Below, in pieces: positions 39,068 through 52,172 of a DNA stretch of 64,000 bases. The translations under genes were made by a program, and so were the position numbers. Source of the stretch: Camelus dromedarius (lineage: Eukaryota); NCBI RefSeq assembly GCF_036321535.1, contig NC_087436.1:93250001-93314000 (forward strand), written 5' to 3'. The notes under the pieces are model-generated. The model saw only the letters and a list, made by a program, of their open reading frames with translations. It did no database searches and was not told the DNA's origin. Within the stretch, counting starts at the first letter, position 1, and each line of letters opens with the position of its first letter.

Positions 39068-39146
39068 ATCACTTCCGTCTTGAATCACTTCAGTCTTGGA
39101 TCACTTCAGTCTTGGTATCACTTCAGTCTTGAATCACTTCAGTCTC
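39068..39146. repeat. Minisatellite, ~5 copies of 16-bp ATCACTTCAGTCTTG[A/G]
   Basis: Units start at 39068, 39084, 39100, 39117 and 39133. Confidence 0.95.
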
Positions 39147-39986
39147 ATAGTCAAGTCACTCCACAATCTGATCCCAGCCTATTTTTCTGGATATTTTTTA
39201 AACTATGACAATAAATGGCATGGACATTCTAGCAATCTGTCCTAAGAATACAAGTGGAAATGTGCAGAGATTCCTATACAGGGGGAAAGATTCTTCACAA
39301 CACTGTTTCTAATAGAAAAAAAATAAGCAATTTACAAGTCTAATCCCTATAGTCTAGCATGGGATGCAGACAGACAGATTTATTAAGTTATAATAAATAT
39401 GTATGGGCTGTTAAGGGAAGGGAGAAGGAGGAACACCTAACTGTATTTAGGAAATTAAGACTAGCAGGGGAGGTAAACCTGGGCATATTCTTTAGGAATT
39501 AGAAGGAGTCCTCCAGAAAGACAAGGAAGAGAGAGCATTCCAGGCATGGGGAACAGCTAAGATTCAGTGTTGGTACTGTGGGGAAAAAGAAAAAAAAAAA
39601 CAACAAAAACTTGGCATCTAAGAAAGCCAGCTGGAGTTTGTGAAGTGGGTGGGAGGGTGCTGAGGGCAAAAAGAGAGACTAAGAGGTCAGCAGGGTCCTA
39701 CCCAAAGTGGGCTGTCTATGCTCAATCAAGGGCATCAAAACTGTGTGGGAGCACACCAGACGATCTGCAGAGGTGTGTGGGGGAGATAACAGCTTTTCTA
39801 CTTCATTAGTGTGTGTTTGATAATATAACAATACATTAGCATAGAGACATATGTAACTTACAAATGTATTTCTATGTAACAAATTGGGAGTACATACTCA
39901 AAACCTTTTTCTAACTGAAGAAGTAAATGATCATAAAGTTTGGAGACCACTGTGTCAGCTTAGATGCAGAACTTAAATCTTTTTCC

Positions 39987-40093
39987 ATACATGCACCCCA
40001 GTGTTCACAGCAGCACTAATTACAATAGCCAAGACATGGAAGCAACCTAAATGTCCACTGATGGATGACTGAATAAAAAAGCTGTGGTGTGTG

Positions 40094-40145
<52 letters not shown>

Positions 40146-40598
40146 GGAATACTACTCAGCCATAAAAAAGAATGAAATAATGCCATTTGCAGCAACATGG
40201 CTGAACCTGGAGATTATCATCCTAAGTGAAGTAAGTCAGACAGAGAAAGACAAATATATGATATCACTTATATGTGGAATCTTAAAAAATGACACAAATG
40301 AACTTATTTACAAAACAGAAACAGACTCATAGACATAGAAAACAAATTTATGGTTACTAAAGGGAAGAGGTGGGAGGGATCAATTAGGAGTTTGGGATTA
40401 GCAGATGCAAACTACTATATATAAAATAGATGAACAACAAGATCCCACTGTACAGCACAGGGAACTATACTCAAGAGCTTGTAATGACCTATAATGAAAA
40501 GCTACATATATATGTATGACTGAATCACTTTGCAGTACTCCAGAAACCAACACAACATTGTAAATCAAGTATACTTCAATAAAAAAAAATTTTTTTTA
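39987..40598 (+). mobile_element. Artiodactyl-type L1 3' end with internal (TG)n microsatellite (~40087-40142)
   Basis: ATACATGCACCCCAGTGTTCACAGCAGCAC...GGAATACTACTCAGCCATAAAAAAGAATGAAATAATGCC...TATACTTCAATAAAAAAA. Approximate TSD GAA[C/G]TTAA(A)TCTTTTTCC. Confidence 0.92.
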
Positions 40599-40669
40599 AG
40601 AAGTTAATCTTTTTCCTCGAGGCTTCTGTTGAGTTGGCACCGTCAATCCAAGAGAAGGACTGTGGGACC

Positions 40670-40840
40670 ATGATGGCTACAGGGTTTCCTTTTGAGATGG
40701 TGAAAATGTTCAAAAATGGATTGAAGTAATGCTCGCACAACTCTGTGAATACACTACAAACAAGATTTTCATACTTTAAATGAGTGAATTATATGTTACA
40801 GTATAAGGATTATTTCTCAAAAAGATTATCAAAAAAACTT
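40670..40840 (+). mobile_element. L1MB/MC-type 3' end fragment
   Basis: GGTTTCCTTTTGAGATGGTGAAAATGTTC...CACAACTCTGTGAATACACTA...ACTTTAAATGAGTGAATT. Confidence 0.75.
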
Positions 40841-43800
40841 TAAAAACAAAGAATTAAAGAATGATGCTTCCTTAGACATTACAAACATTGTATCTAGTTC
40901 CTGGGTCAGTGCAAGCCGTGGAGAGAGCAAGAAAGGACTAGGAGCACTCTGGCAAATGAAAGCATTTCTTTCTGAACTTGCAGATATAATGCAGCTTCAG
41001 AATAGGGGACTGGAAAGTGTAGCTGTCTTCAAGCCCTCTGAATCAGACATGGCCCTAGCCTGGACCAATCAGCCTCATCTGTGCAACAAGTGGTGGGACT
41101 TTCTGGTCTGGGTAAGCCTAAAGCAGCCTCCAAAGCTGAAGCTCTAGAATACAGGAAAAATCATCCTGCATCATGATCAGTACACCTGTGTATATCCACA
41201 CAGAGCACTGACACAAAGTTCACAGTACTGTGGTCAGTGTACTGTGATTATTTTCTATTCCATTTCCTTTTTTAAAATGCTAGTCAAAATCCACTAGCTT
41301 GACTGTGTTATCCTCATAAGGGTCACAAGCAGCAGTTTAGAAAGCACTGCTCTGCGGGTAAGAGGTGAGACAAACGAGCATTTGTCTCAATATGCTCTCC
41401 TCTGTTGTTCCACATTTCCAGGATCTAGAATTAATCCACTGGACAAGAATTTTCCTGCAGTTTAATAAAAGATATAGCTATTAACATATGTTCCATATTA
41501 TAAAAAACAGATTGCAACGGAGTTGCAAATCCCAACTCCGTTGCTTTATTAAAAAAGAATATTTGGTTTTCCTTGAAGATTCCATGAATCATAGTCATTG
41601 AGTTTGGATTAACATTGCTGAAATAATAATAAAAACAGCATTTTGCTGCCTAACAATCATCTTATTTCCAGACAGAGACGCAAATGGTGACCCTGTTAAA
41701 GAAACAAAAATCAATATTTAGCCCAGCTTCCCCAAAGGTCCTGTATCTCACACAGCACTTGCCCTTCTTGTAATGAAATGAATTAATTTAACTTTCAAAT
41801 TTGTCTCTGATGCTTCCATTATACTGATCCACATCAGAATCTTCAACTCAGAAACACACACACACACTAATGTCATTCTTCCTTTTCCTCTCAATTCAAT
41901 TTCTGAAGCCACTTTCCATTTTAAGGAAACTTTGAAAGATCAAGAAAAACGTTAGGGGTTTTCTCACTTATCTTTAGATAAAACATTACCAATTAGATTT
42001 ACATACAGGCTTTTACTAGTTTAATCATAAACGCATGGTTTAGTCCTTTAAATTCCAGCTAACTGCCTTAGAGCTCACGTTGTCTTCCATCACTTACTCA
42101 GCACATCTCTCCATTTGTTCACCATTCCAGAAAGGTTAGAGGATGTGTGGCACATTAACTCATTAGCTAGTATGAAAATAAAGCAATCAGCATTCAAAAC
42201 TCACTTTATTCCAGCCATTTCCATGCTGTTCTCTGAATACTGACTTCTAAAAGTTATGGTTCCATTAACTATCTGTATTCATGAATCTCTGAGGATGACC
42301 TTCCTTTCCCGACTAATTAGGGATCTAGTTTTTCATCTATTTTAATATACACTTGCATGAGGCAGTCATAGATTCAGAGGTTTCAAAAGTGCAACCAGAG
42401 CAAGAATGCCAGTGTAAATCCTCAGACCCCTGCTGCACACCCTTCACCTCATGCTGCCCAAATCTCACAGGTCTCATCTGTGACCAAAGCAAGTGATGAC
42501 TGCCAGAATGGAGGCTTTTCCTCTATTAAGTTCCAATTGAACCTGCAGTTTAGAATTGTTCCCTTCATCATCAGCTTGGAAATGGACCGGCAGTGACCCT
42601 CCAAACCCTTTGACAAGAAAGATCTCTTTTAGAACAATTACTCAATATACTGAGCCTTCAAACCAGAATCCTTTAGGGAAACTTCATTCTATTATATTTG
42701 AACTTTTAATCCTTTCCACAATGGCAATTCTCTAGAATATAAGGGAAATAAAACCCCCTCTAAGTTAGTATATATTTTTCTCAGCCACAAAGAACCAAAG
42801 TCCTCCAAAGATTGCATTGGTTTTACTGAACCATTCTGGGAATGCGCCCTGGAAGATGAAGGTACTGCCAAGACCAACAGATATTAGAGTAAGATACCAA
42901 GGTCAGTGGCTACCCTGTCCCCAGAATACACAGAAACGCTAATCACAGGTCATCATACAAAGTTAATTTCCCTTTTTAGGCTAAATAAATTCTACTTGAA
43001 AATTACAGTGGAAAGATACAGGTCAGTGGACAAATAGATCAGGAAAACTTTACATATTTTTATGCTTTTTAAAAATACCTAATTGGAGGAACTAATTGCA
43101 ACAATCCACTTTTACTGTTTTTCTTGAAAATCTTAAGAGTGCCTTGATTGCAATATTTATTGCCAAAAAATTTAAGGACAAAAATTTCCCAGATGCCTCT
43201 GATCCTTTCCGCTTTATGGTTATCTAACAGAGGCTCTTACTTCAAATGACTACCATCATTTTCCACCTAAACTAGTGCTGAGGGACACAGGATCAGATGA
43301 GCCCACCTTTTACTGGCAATCAATGAACTGATCGTCAATCAGAGGCTTGAGATCCCAATATGCTTCCTACAAGTTAATAAAGAATGGGAAAAACAGTGAA
43401 GATTCTCTTAATCTGTACCTGCAAAACACATAGTAATTGAGCAAGACCATCCAGGCCAGAAGAAGTTGGCAACATCACCCAGCACTCAGTCTGATGGTCT
43501 GGTCCTCACAACAGAGACTGTGGATGGGCAGATTTAGGCAAAATACAGTCCACAAGAAGATTTCTTTTATGAGTATGATATCCCTAACCACTAGGGAAGG
43601 GAAGATTATCCTAACAGATGCTCAAGTCCCCAGTGTTGAGCAAGACTGAAAATCCCACTGCTCTCATGGTCAGCCCAGGGGGCACTGAGGTTTCAAGGGA
43701 CGCCTCTCCTCAGGGCAGATGGAAGCTCACATTGTTGTACTTGGCAAGGGTTTATGGTTGTGTTAGCGCCTCTGTTCCCAGGGTTATCTGGGGAGGAGAG

Positions 43801-45414
43801 CGTTGTTGTGAGACGTTGACTGCCTAATGAAAGGTAGATTGCCAAGCAAAGAGACCATTGTGTTGGGCAATGAAGAGACACCACAAGCAGAAGTTATGAA
43901 CTGGCCAGACACCCACCAAGTAGTTTCAGGACCAATGGCTTATCTTGAAAGTCAAGCTCATGTATTAGTATGAATTGCCTCCAAAATTATGCCCTGAATG
44001 ATAGAAAAATACACATATGACTGAAAAAATCACCGAGTGGCTGTTTAGGAGTATCAAAAATAGAACTGTGTACAAAGAAAACATGCCAGCTATTGAACCC
44101 AAACCAAATGGGTGTGGAAGTTTGGGGAACTATTCAGACTCAGACAAACTGGAAGAGCCCTTCGGTCTCTGAGCCATCTCCTGTATGCATTTCAACCCCC
44201 TTCAGTCCCCCTGACAATAGCTATCCAGAAAGATGTTATCTGCACTGTCTCTTACTGCAATTTTCTCTGACAGATGCAGCCTTTTCCACAGTTTTTGTTA
44301 GGTCTGAGTCAGCTTACATTTCCTTGAGTCAATGAGTTTTATGTGGGCACATCCTTCAAAACAAAGCAAGCAACATAGAAGGAAATTGCTGAGTTGCTTT
44401 TATTAATAGCTCTTAGCCCTTGAGGTCAGGCAAATCTCCTCACATCCTCTGCACGCTGGAATTAGAGACCCAGCAGCACCTGCTCCGTGAATCTCTCTCA
44501 GTCAAGCTGCTCCCTTGGTTAATCCAGAACATTCCATTTTATCTGGCAGGAGAGCTTTTCTTCACCAGGTGTATTTCTGATGTCTTCAGAAAAGATTTTA
44601 GCTATTCCTTATAAATACTGAACATTAACATAACTCCATTTCTCCTAGGAAATGATGCTTTTAGATCACATGTGAAGGTTTTGAAAAATACAGCTGCCCT
44701 GGCGTCCTGAAATCTGGAAAGCTTTACAACATGAAAGCACAGTTTCATTGGATAATTAATCCATTTGCAATGACATCAAGGTCCATATTACTATTAAATT
44801 TGTTTATCCACTGATTCATCTGAATATTCCTTGATTTGTTTTAAATACTATAATCAAATGTTGTTATTTAATTCAACATTCAGGAAAGCAATTTGGAGTC
44901 TCACAGGTGGTCTGAACTCACTGTGTTGCTCACGTTTGCTGCACTCCCAAAGCAGACAGAAAAAGACATCCAATAGGACTTTTTTTCTTTCCACTGGAGC
45001 ATGAGACACAAAGCTTTTACGCAGAAACTCGTTCCCCAAAGGTGAGACTGTCGCTTGCTAGCTTATGTTTCCATTTAAACAAATCTCTAACCAAGCACAC
45101 ATGAAAAATGATATGACCCTTCCTTTGATAAAAATCCAGCATCAAACATTGGCAGGCAAAATTTAAGTCACTTCCTGAATTGCTAAACAGTTACATTAAA
45201 AAAAAAAAAAAAAAAGGATCGCCAAACACAACACGTTCATATTCTTCCCTTCTATTTACTTAGCAACTCTTTTCTCCAAATTAAAAATTGTAGTTTTCCA
45301 GCAATTATTGTTTATCCTGGTTAAACTACTGATGTCTAATAATGTAATTACCTGTGATAAAACGGAATGAGGAGGGGAAGGAGATGGGTGCTGCTGAAAT
45401 GATCAAAAGCCAGT

Positions 45415-45688
45415 ATGTGGTTACCAGGGGGCTGGAAGGCATGGGGAGGGATAAAGTGGGAGTTTGGGATTTGCAGATGCTAACCACTATACATAAAACA
45501 GATAAACAACAAGGTCCTAAAGTATAGCATGGGAAACCATATTAAACATCCTGTAATGGCCTATAATGAAAAAGAAGAGGAAAAGGAATATATGTATACA
45601 TGTGAACAGCTGAATCACTATGATGTACACCAGAAATTAACACACTGTAAAGCGACCATACCTCAATAAAAATAACAAATAAAAAAAG
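45415..45688 (+). mobile_element. Lineage-specific L1 3' end, 5'-truncated
   Basis: GTGGTTACCAGGGGG...GGGAGTTTGGGATTTGCAGATG...TGTACACCAGAAATTAACAC...CAATAAAAA. Approximate TSD AAAAG[C/T]CAG. Confidence 0.88.
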
Positions 45689-48309
45689 TCAGAAGTGAAA
45701 ATTATGAAAAAAGATATATCATGTTAACTCTAAGTGTAAGAAAGCTGTTGTTGCTACATTAGTATCTAAACAAGTAGTACAAGAAACATCATAAAAATAG
45801 GATTAGGTGGGAAAAAAAAGGCTGTTATGATTTTCACGTTGCATTGCTATAACATGAATGCTTCTGTGAGGAGCTGTATTTGGACTTCTGAGTGTTAGGG
45901 TCTCTTTCCTCATCAACACAGTCAACCAAAATGAGGACAGAAAGTTTGTTTGGAAAATACAGGTAATTTCAAGCACTGGTGACCCACACTAATAAAGTTC
46001 TCAACTCTCACCAAAATCAGTTATTCTGATTTGACTCATTCACTCCACAAATAGATACTGAGAGCCTTGTGTGTGCGCCAGGGAACATGCTAAACACGTG
46101 CACAGCAGTGAGTCTATTTTAGACATGACTTTAAACGGCCAAACTTGCATCTCTTGTGAAATAGCTTTTTGGTGGTCTGTTCTGGCCCATCTGTCCTCTT
46201 TTGTTTTAAAATTAATGTCTAAGAGAAGGAAGCACAACCCTTGTTTCCTGTATGGTCTGCATGTTCCCACTAACCCAGGAATTTAGGGACAGAGAGAGAC
46301 AAAGAAGCAAAACTATTTCTGATTCTAATTACTCTCTATTCCCTTAGCAGAGGTACCACCCCCCCAAAATGTAAAATTAGCTTGTACTATTATTGGTTTA
46401 TACTAGCAAATACGTTTATATTAGCAAAGTGGACATTTAATATTAGCTTTTTCATATAAAAGGTCTTTCATGCTGCAGGAAGTCAAAATAAAACCCAAGG
46501 AAAAGAAAAATAGAGATTATTGCATATCACTTGGCAACGTAAGCTCCTAAGTGAAATAGCACTATTCAGAAATCAGAACGCTTCACCATTTAGAAATGCA
46601 TTTTTAAAATATCGGTGAAAGACTCTGCTTCTAATTTGTTTTCCAAGTCCCATGCATATTTTAGATGTTGGGGGTGGGGAGGAAAAAAAATTCCAAATAT
46701 TTAATACAAATTCCACTCCCACCTTCATTTTCCCTCATATTAAAAACCGAGGCACAATGATGCCTTTACCAGAGAGAGAAAAAATCACAGACTTAAGACA
46801 GAGCACACACTAAGTATTTAAGTCCTTCTCTTTGGAAATTCAAAAACAGAGCAAGAGAGAATCGAGCCCAGGAATCTACAACAAATACCAGCATTTTTTA
46901 AATGTATTATTTAGATCTTTACTTAAGATACTACTGATAGATTTTATTTATAAAGAACCTATTCAATTTCCATTTTTCATTAAAACTAAAGCAAATTTCA
47001 TTTTTATTAATTTCTATAATAATTTGGATATACATTTCCATACTCTCTCCAGATAGATTTATTTCAATGCAAGAGATCAGCTGAATCAAGAATCCCCAGT
47101 AATTGAAGTCATCCTTGACTTTTCAAGGCAAAGAAGTGGTAGGAAGAGGGACTGACCTCATTAACACCTTTACCTGCAGCACCAAGTGAAACTGACCTCC
47201 AAACCATGAGACAGAACTGAAATCTAATATGAAGAGAAAGAATCTATGAACAATGAGAGTCAAAGACCGAAGACCAAACTTCTTATTCTGCCACTTCATA
47301 TTCGGCATCATTGTCAAGGCTTTTGAGAGTGTCAAAAAAATTTTTTTATACTTGTTCACCATAGAATTAGGTCTGCTCGTATTACCAAAGATAGGCAGTG
47401 GTATTTTTTTTCTTTATGTTGCAGATGCTAAAATTCTAGAAGATTGTTTATGATGTCTTGGGCCAAAGGAACCCAAAAGGTACCATATTGCACCATTTAG
47501 CTAGTACTGGCTTACATAACAAATTATTCTCCTAAGTACAGGCAGTTTTCACACTTCTGTCTGATAGGTTTTATTCTTGAGGAAAGTGTTGAAGTCAAAA
47601 GATATTTCGGCAAGATGTGATTTTCCCATAGAAATATTGTTCTAATTAGATGCTATTTTCTGATTGATAGCCTTAAAAAATAAAATTACTACAAATACCA
47701 TGTTTAATTGCGTATAAAGGAAATAATTAAGCATCAAACATTTTCTTAAAATTGTTAACTTATAGAGGATCAATTAATAACAAACTTAATACTAAAGTTT
47801 ATTTAATGATATTTTATAAGTGTCTTCTTACTTCTTCCCTTCCTCCAGCAGCAGTAAACTACAATGTACAGAAATAATACCTTAATCATGAAACGTCTAC
47901 CAGGGTGCAAGTGCCCAAGAGATGCTCAACACATGAGCTGAACAGATTGCCAAGTGATTATCAAGGACTCTGGGAGAAACTGCTGCAAGGATGAGTGTTT
48001 TGTTGTCCTCCCCTTTTGGAATCTCCCTGTCCCCACTCCCACGTGTAAATTTTGCTGTAGGTGTTAGAAATCTCTTGGTGTCTCTCTTGCAGAGGAGTTT
48101 GCTCATCTGACTTGAGAGCAATAACCTGGGTAGACTGGAGACTGTAAGGAAAACCATAGCATCTGCCAGCTGAAGGCTCCATCTTCCACGTATTCACCTT
48201 TACTCCCAATGTCTCCTCCGTAGTCAGAGTCTGGCTTTTTCTGGACATACGCTCCCCTGAGCCTCACATCAAAGCAGCACTCCTCAAAGTGCATCTGTGA
48301 ATTCATCCT

Positions 48310-49291
48310 TACCAGTGCCTGATGTCATCAAGCACAGGAATTGAGGATAAGCGCTTAGAAATTGTGCAGCCATTTGACGTGGACACCCTATCCAAGCACA
48401 TGATAGAGGACTCGTCTTGTTGAACAACATGTCAGTTGGTTTAGGTGTTACTCGTAGCCTGGGTGAGTTGCATGTGATGCGAGTTGTGTACTAATCAGGT
48501 ACAGTCAGTATTTCAAGGTGTAATAGAAGGTATAATGTGTACAATATTACAATGGATTGGAAATTTAAAACAAAATCAAACAAAATGAAAACGAAAACTT
48601 AAGTCTTTCACCACCAAAGTCTGCGAAATCCTGCAATAGGAGCACAGGCATTGGCGTCAGTCAAACCCAGGAATGAGCCCTCTTGCTCTACGACTTCCCT
48701 GGTCACTTACTTAACCTCTTTGAACCTCCCTCCTCTTATCTGAGCAGATCAGGATGCAGGAGGCTGTGTTTCTGTTAAATGAGCCTCTCTTTCCCCATGT
48801 GCAATGGTGACAATTTCAATATGTGTTCAATACAAAGGTCAATCACACACAGAACATGTTTCGGATGTGGTTTGTTCCACAGCTGTGTGAAAAAACCCAT
48901 AGCTGCTTTGGGCAACAGCTCTCCTGTGATAATACAGTAAGTGTCCCAGCATCTTCTCATACCCCAGGTAGAATATATTTTGGCCACAAATTCTGCACAT
49001 AATGGACTTCACAGGACTGGACCCTGCAGTCGCTTTAGGGTTCGGACTTAACCACATGTGACAACTCACTTTGGGCCGCTGTGAAAGCAAAAATTTCTCA
49101 ACTCCATCCAACAACAGCTGAAGACCTAAAAACAGCTTTCCAGATGCCTTTGATGACTTACAGTCATTAACATGCATGGAGAAAGATGTCCTGGAGAATA
49201 GGAGAAAAAAATTTAATTTATGTGGAAAATAGACAGAAACACATTGATACCTTCCCCCCAGCAGGCATCAGGCCATTCTGGCCACTCTGTA
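48310..49291 (+). mobile_element. Decayed Tc1/mariner-superfamily DNA transposon with transposase C-terminal remnant (core ~48800-49255), MIR inserted at ~48639-48783
   Basis: Frame from 48820 gives YVFNTKVNHTQNMFRMWFVPQL..., then from 49042 SDLTTCDNSLWAAVKAKISQLHPTTAEDLKTA, then in a shifted frame RKMSWRIGEKNLIYVENRQKHID. Candidate terminus GGCCACTCTG+TA at 49280-49291. The 5' boundary is uncertain. Confidence 0.7.
48639..48783 (+). mobile_element. MIR SINE fragment
   Basis: GGAGCACAGGCATTGGCGTCAGTCAAACCCAGG...TTACTTAACCTCTTTGAACCTC...GTTAAATGAG. Confidence 0.7.
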
Positions 49292-51341
49292 AATGCAAAA
49301 CAAAAACAAAATCCTTTTCTCATTATTGCAAAGCCCATCAGCAACACCCCGAGCACAATATCTGGAAAAGCAGATAGTGAATAAACATTCCTTTTTGATC
49401 CTTCTATGCCATTTTTGCCTGTAAAATTGTGCTTTAATGCTTCCTTCCTTTTTGTAAGTTAATTACATTACAGAGTTTCCTTTCTACTAGTTATAAATGC
49501 CATCTGAGTGGAAATCTAACAATCTGTCAGTGACACCACTCACACTGGTTCTGAAGTTTTTTCACCCTCAGTCTACAGGACAATCAGCAACAGTCTTTCA
49601 GGGGCTCTGAACAGGAAAGGTCCACAATGCCGGGACTGATTTATAACATCAGCCGTCAAGCTCAGGCTCCTTACACACTTCTGGCTCCTGTTTCACTAGT
49701 TGAGCGAGAGGTCACTTGGGTCACGTAGGACCTTACAAGGTTTCTGGGGGAGAATAATAGTTTTTCTGTATTCTTTCCTTATGAAAAGCAACTGATCAGC
49801 ACTACTGTCTAGACATGCAAAGATATTTTTCATGGACACGAACTAAGCTTTTTGTGTGTATATGTGTGTGTGTGTGTTTAAGTGAGAAACGGATTTACTT
49901 TTATTCTAAAGCATGAGCACAGCTACAGTAGCCCTTCTGGGAATCCTTCTTAAGAGAAGATTTTCGTGTCAGGCTCACGTTCAGAAATAACAGAGCGTAA
50001 CTAAAGGGATCCAAGCTCCGTGACAGTATTTGACACGTTACCTAGGGGACTCTGGAGATGGATTTCAGTTTAGATTAAAGAATTCACCTTTCAGCTGGAA
50101 GTGCGGAAGACCAGCTAGAAACCGTATCTTTTTACCCTCATTTTCCACTTTATATCTCCTCAGTGAATTTTTTTCTACCAGCGCCACATTTCCAATATAT
50201 ACCTAGACACTGACCAAATCCACGTTTCCCATCCTCCGCAAACAAAGCCCTGAAAAACATATTAAAGTTCCCTGGGTGTGACTGAAGCATACGCACAGAA
50301 ATTTAGGAATGTCTGAATTCCACTTCCAGTTCTGACAGCATCTCACACAGATTGCCCTGGCGCCATGATTTTAATTACTTTACATGCTGCCTCTACAATC
50401 CCGATGATAAAATGGAAAGGTTGTTTTGCTGGAACTTGTGCTGCAAATAGCACAATGACAATGTTAGGAAAAAATCTCTCGCGGTATTAACTGGCTCACA
50501 AAGATTATTCTTAACACAAGCGGTCCCCAACATATGGGTATTATTTCTGAGTGATCCAGGCTGGTGAGCAGGCCCCTGGGCAGCCTGCGATCCCAGTCTG
50601 CCAGCGTAGGCCATAGCCCACCTTTCCCAGGTCAGAACAGCTCAAGGAGAAGTGCCCTGGAGGTGTGCCCACTGTCCAGTGGTGCCACCCCCATGGACAA
50701 GTGCAAAGAATGAACAGGCCTAGTGTCCAGGAACCCAGAGCGAGGTGAGGAAACAAGAGGCTCAAAGCTCCCCCACTGATGTCACCTCCAACGACAGAAC
50801 CAGGATCCCTGGAATCCTAATGTAGAACTCAGAAGGTATTTTTTTACTAGAAAAACAAAAGGTTTTCTTGTGGCTCTGTGACCTTTCCCATCAAAAGAAA
50901 TTAGAACAACTGAATTTTACTAAACAAACCATAAATGAATTGATGACTGCCTACACCGTTCAAAGTAGAGTAAATACAGTGTATTGGTCACTTCTTAAGG
51001 AGTCAAAGTCTTCAGCAGTAAGGATGAGTGGATCATTTAGTCATGCAGTGACAACTGTTTTCATATGATCTCTAGGAAGCATCGTATCAGTAAGTTGCTA
51101 CAATACAGGACTTTTGAGATCCTGAAAGCTTGCTCTGGATGTAGATTTCTACCTGTTACCTTTTGGTACCAAACCACGCCCTTGCATGATGTTCCCAGAG
51201 AGCTTCTCTGCAGCTCTGAAAGAACTGAGTTCTAAACCTGGTTCAATTATTAACCAGAATTGAGTATCTGGACAAAGTTACTGAACTTCACTCCCTACTC
51301 TCCAATGTTCTTATTTATTAAATAGACAGAAATAATATCTT

Positions 51342-51612
51342 TTTTCTTGGTATATAAGTTTCTTTCTTTTTACATTTTTTTACTGAGTTATAGTCATTTT
51401 ACAATGTTGTGTCAAATTCCAGTGTAGAGCACAATTTTTCAGTTATACATGAACATACATATATTCATTGTCACATGTTTTTTGCTGAAAGCTGCCACAA
51501 GATCTTATATATATTTCCCTGTGCTATACAATACAATCTTGTTTATCTATTCTGCATATGTCTATCAGTATCTACAAATTTGAAATCCCAGTCTGTCCCT
51601 TCCCACCCCTCA
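51342..51612 (-). mobile_element. Young 5'-truncated L1 inserted into a MIR (MIR ~51230-51340 and resuming after 51626)
   Basis: Perfect 14-bp TSD AGAAATAATATCTT (51328-51341 and 51613-51626). Body TTACAATGTTGTGTCAAATTCCAGTGTAGAGC...CCCTGTGCTATACA. Confidence 0.92.
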
Positions 51613-51724
51613 AGAAATAATATCTTACTAGAAGAATGAATGTGGAAAAGAATAAAGCTAATTCTAGCTCTGTTCTGCACCCAGACAAATAATGAAATTG
51701 GAGCTTCAGAGTTTCCAAGTGACT

Positions 51725-52172
51725 TTATTTCATTTCCTATTGCTCCTGTAACAAATTACCACATTAATTTCAGTGGCTTCAAACAACCCCAGTGTATCCT
51801 CTTACAGTTCTGGAGGTCAGAAGTCTCTTATCAAGGTGTCGGCAGGGCTACTTTCCTTTTCAAGGCTTTGTAGGAGCTTTTTTTTTTTCTCCTTTTCCAG
51901 CTTCCAGAGGCTCCCTGCATTCCTTAGCTCGTGGCCCTTTCCTGCATCCTCAGTCTGTCACTCCAACATCTGGCTCTGGCATCCCATCTCACTCCTCCTA
52001 CGTGGACCGTTGTGATTATACAGGGCCACTCAGATAATCTAGGGTAGTCTGTCCACCTCAAGATCCTTAATTAAATCACACCTACAAAGTTCTTCTGCCA
52101 TGTAAGATAACATATTCAGGGGTTCCAAGGATTAGAACGTGAACACATTTGAGCACCATTATTCAGACTACT
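51725..52172 (-). mobile_element. MaLR solo LTR (MLT1C/D-like)
   Basis: TTCCTATTGCTCCTGTAACAAATTACCAC...CAGTTCTGGAGGTCAGAAGTC...CTCAAGATCCTTAATTAAATCACA...GGATTAGAACGTG. Confidence 0.9.

Noticed and set aside
39068..39146. CRISPR-like array
   Set aside because: Head-to-tail repeats without spacers, in mammalian DNA, with no cas genes.
40084..40332. 82-aa ORF with VC repeats
   Set aside because: Translation of a (TG)n tract and the L1 ORF2 C-terminus/3' UTR.
48103..48306. ORF containing protein-like RGAYVQKKPDSDYGGDIGSKGEYVEDG
   Set aside because: Not part of LIMCH1 as I recall it, no family match, and no convincing splice boundaries.
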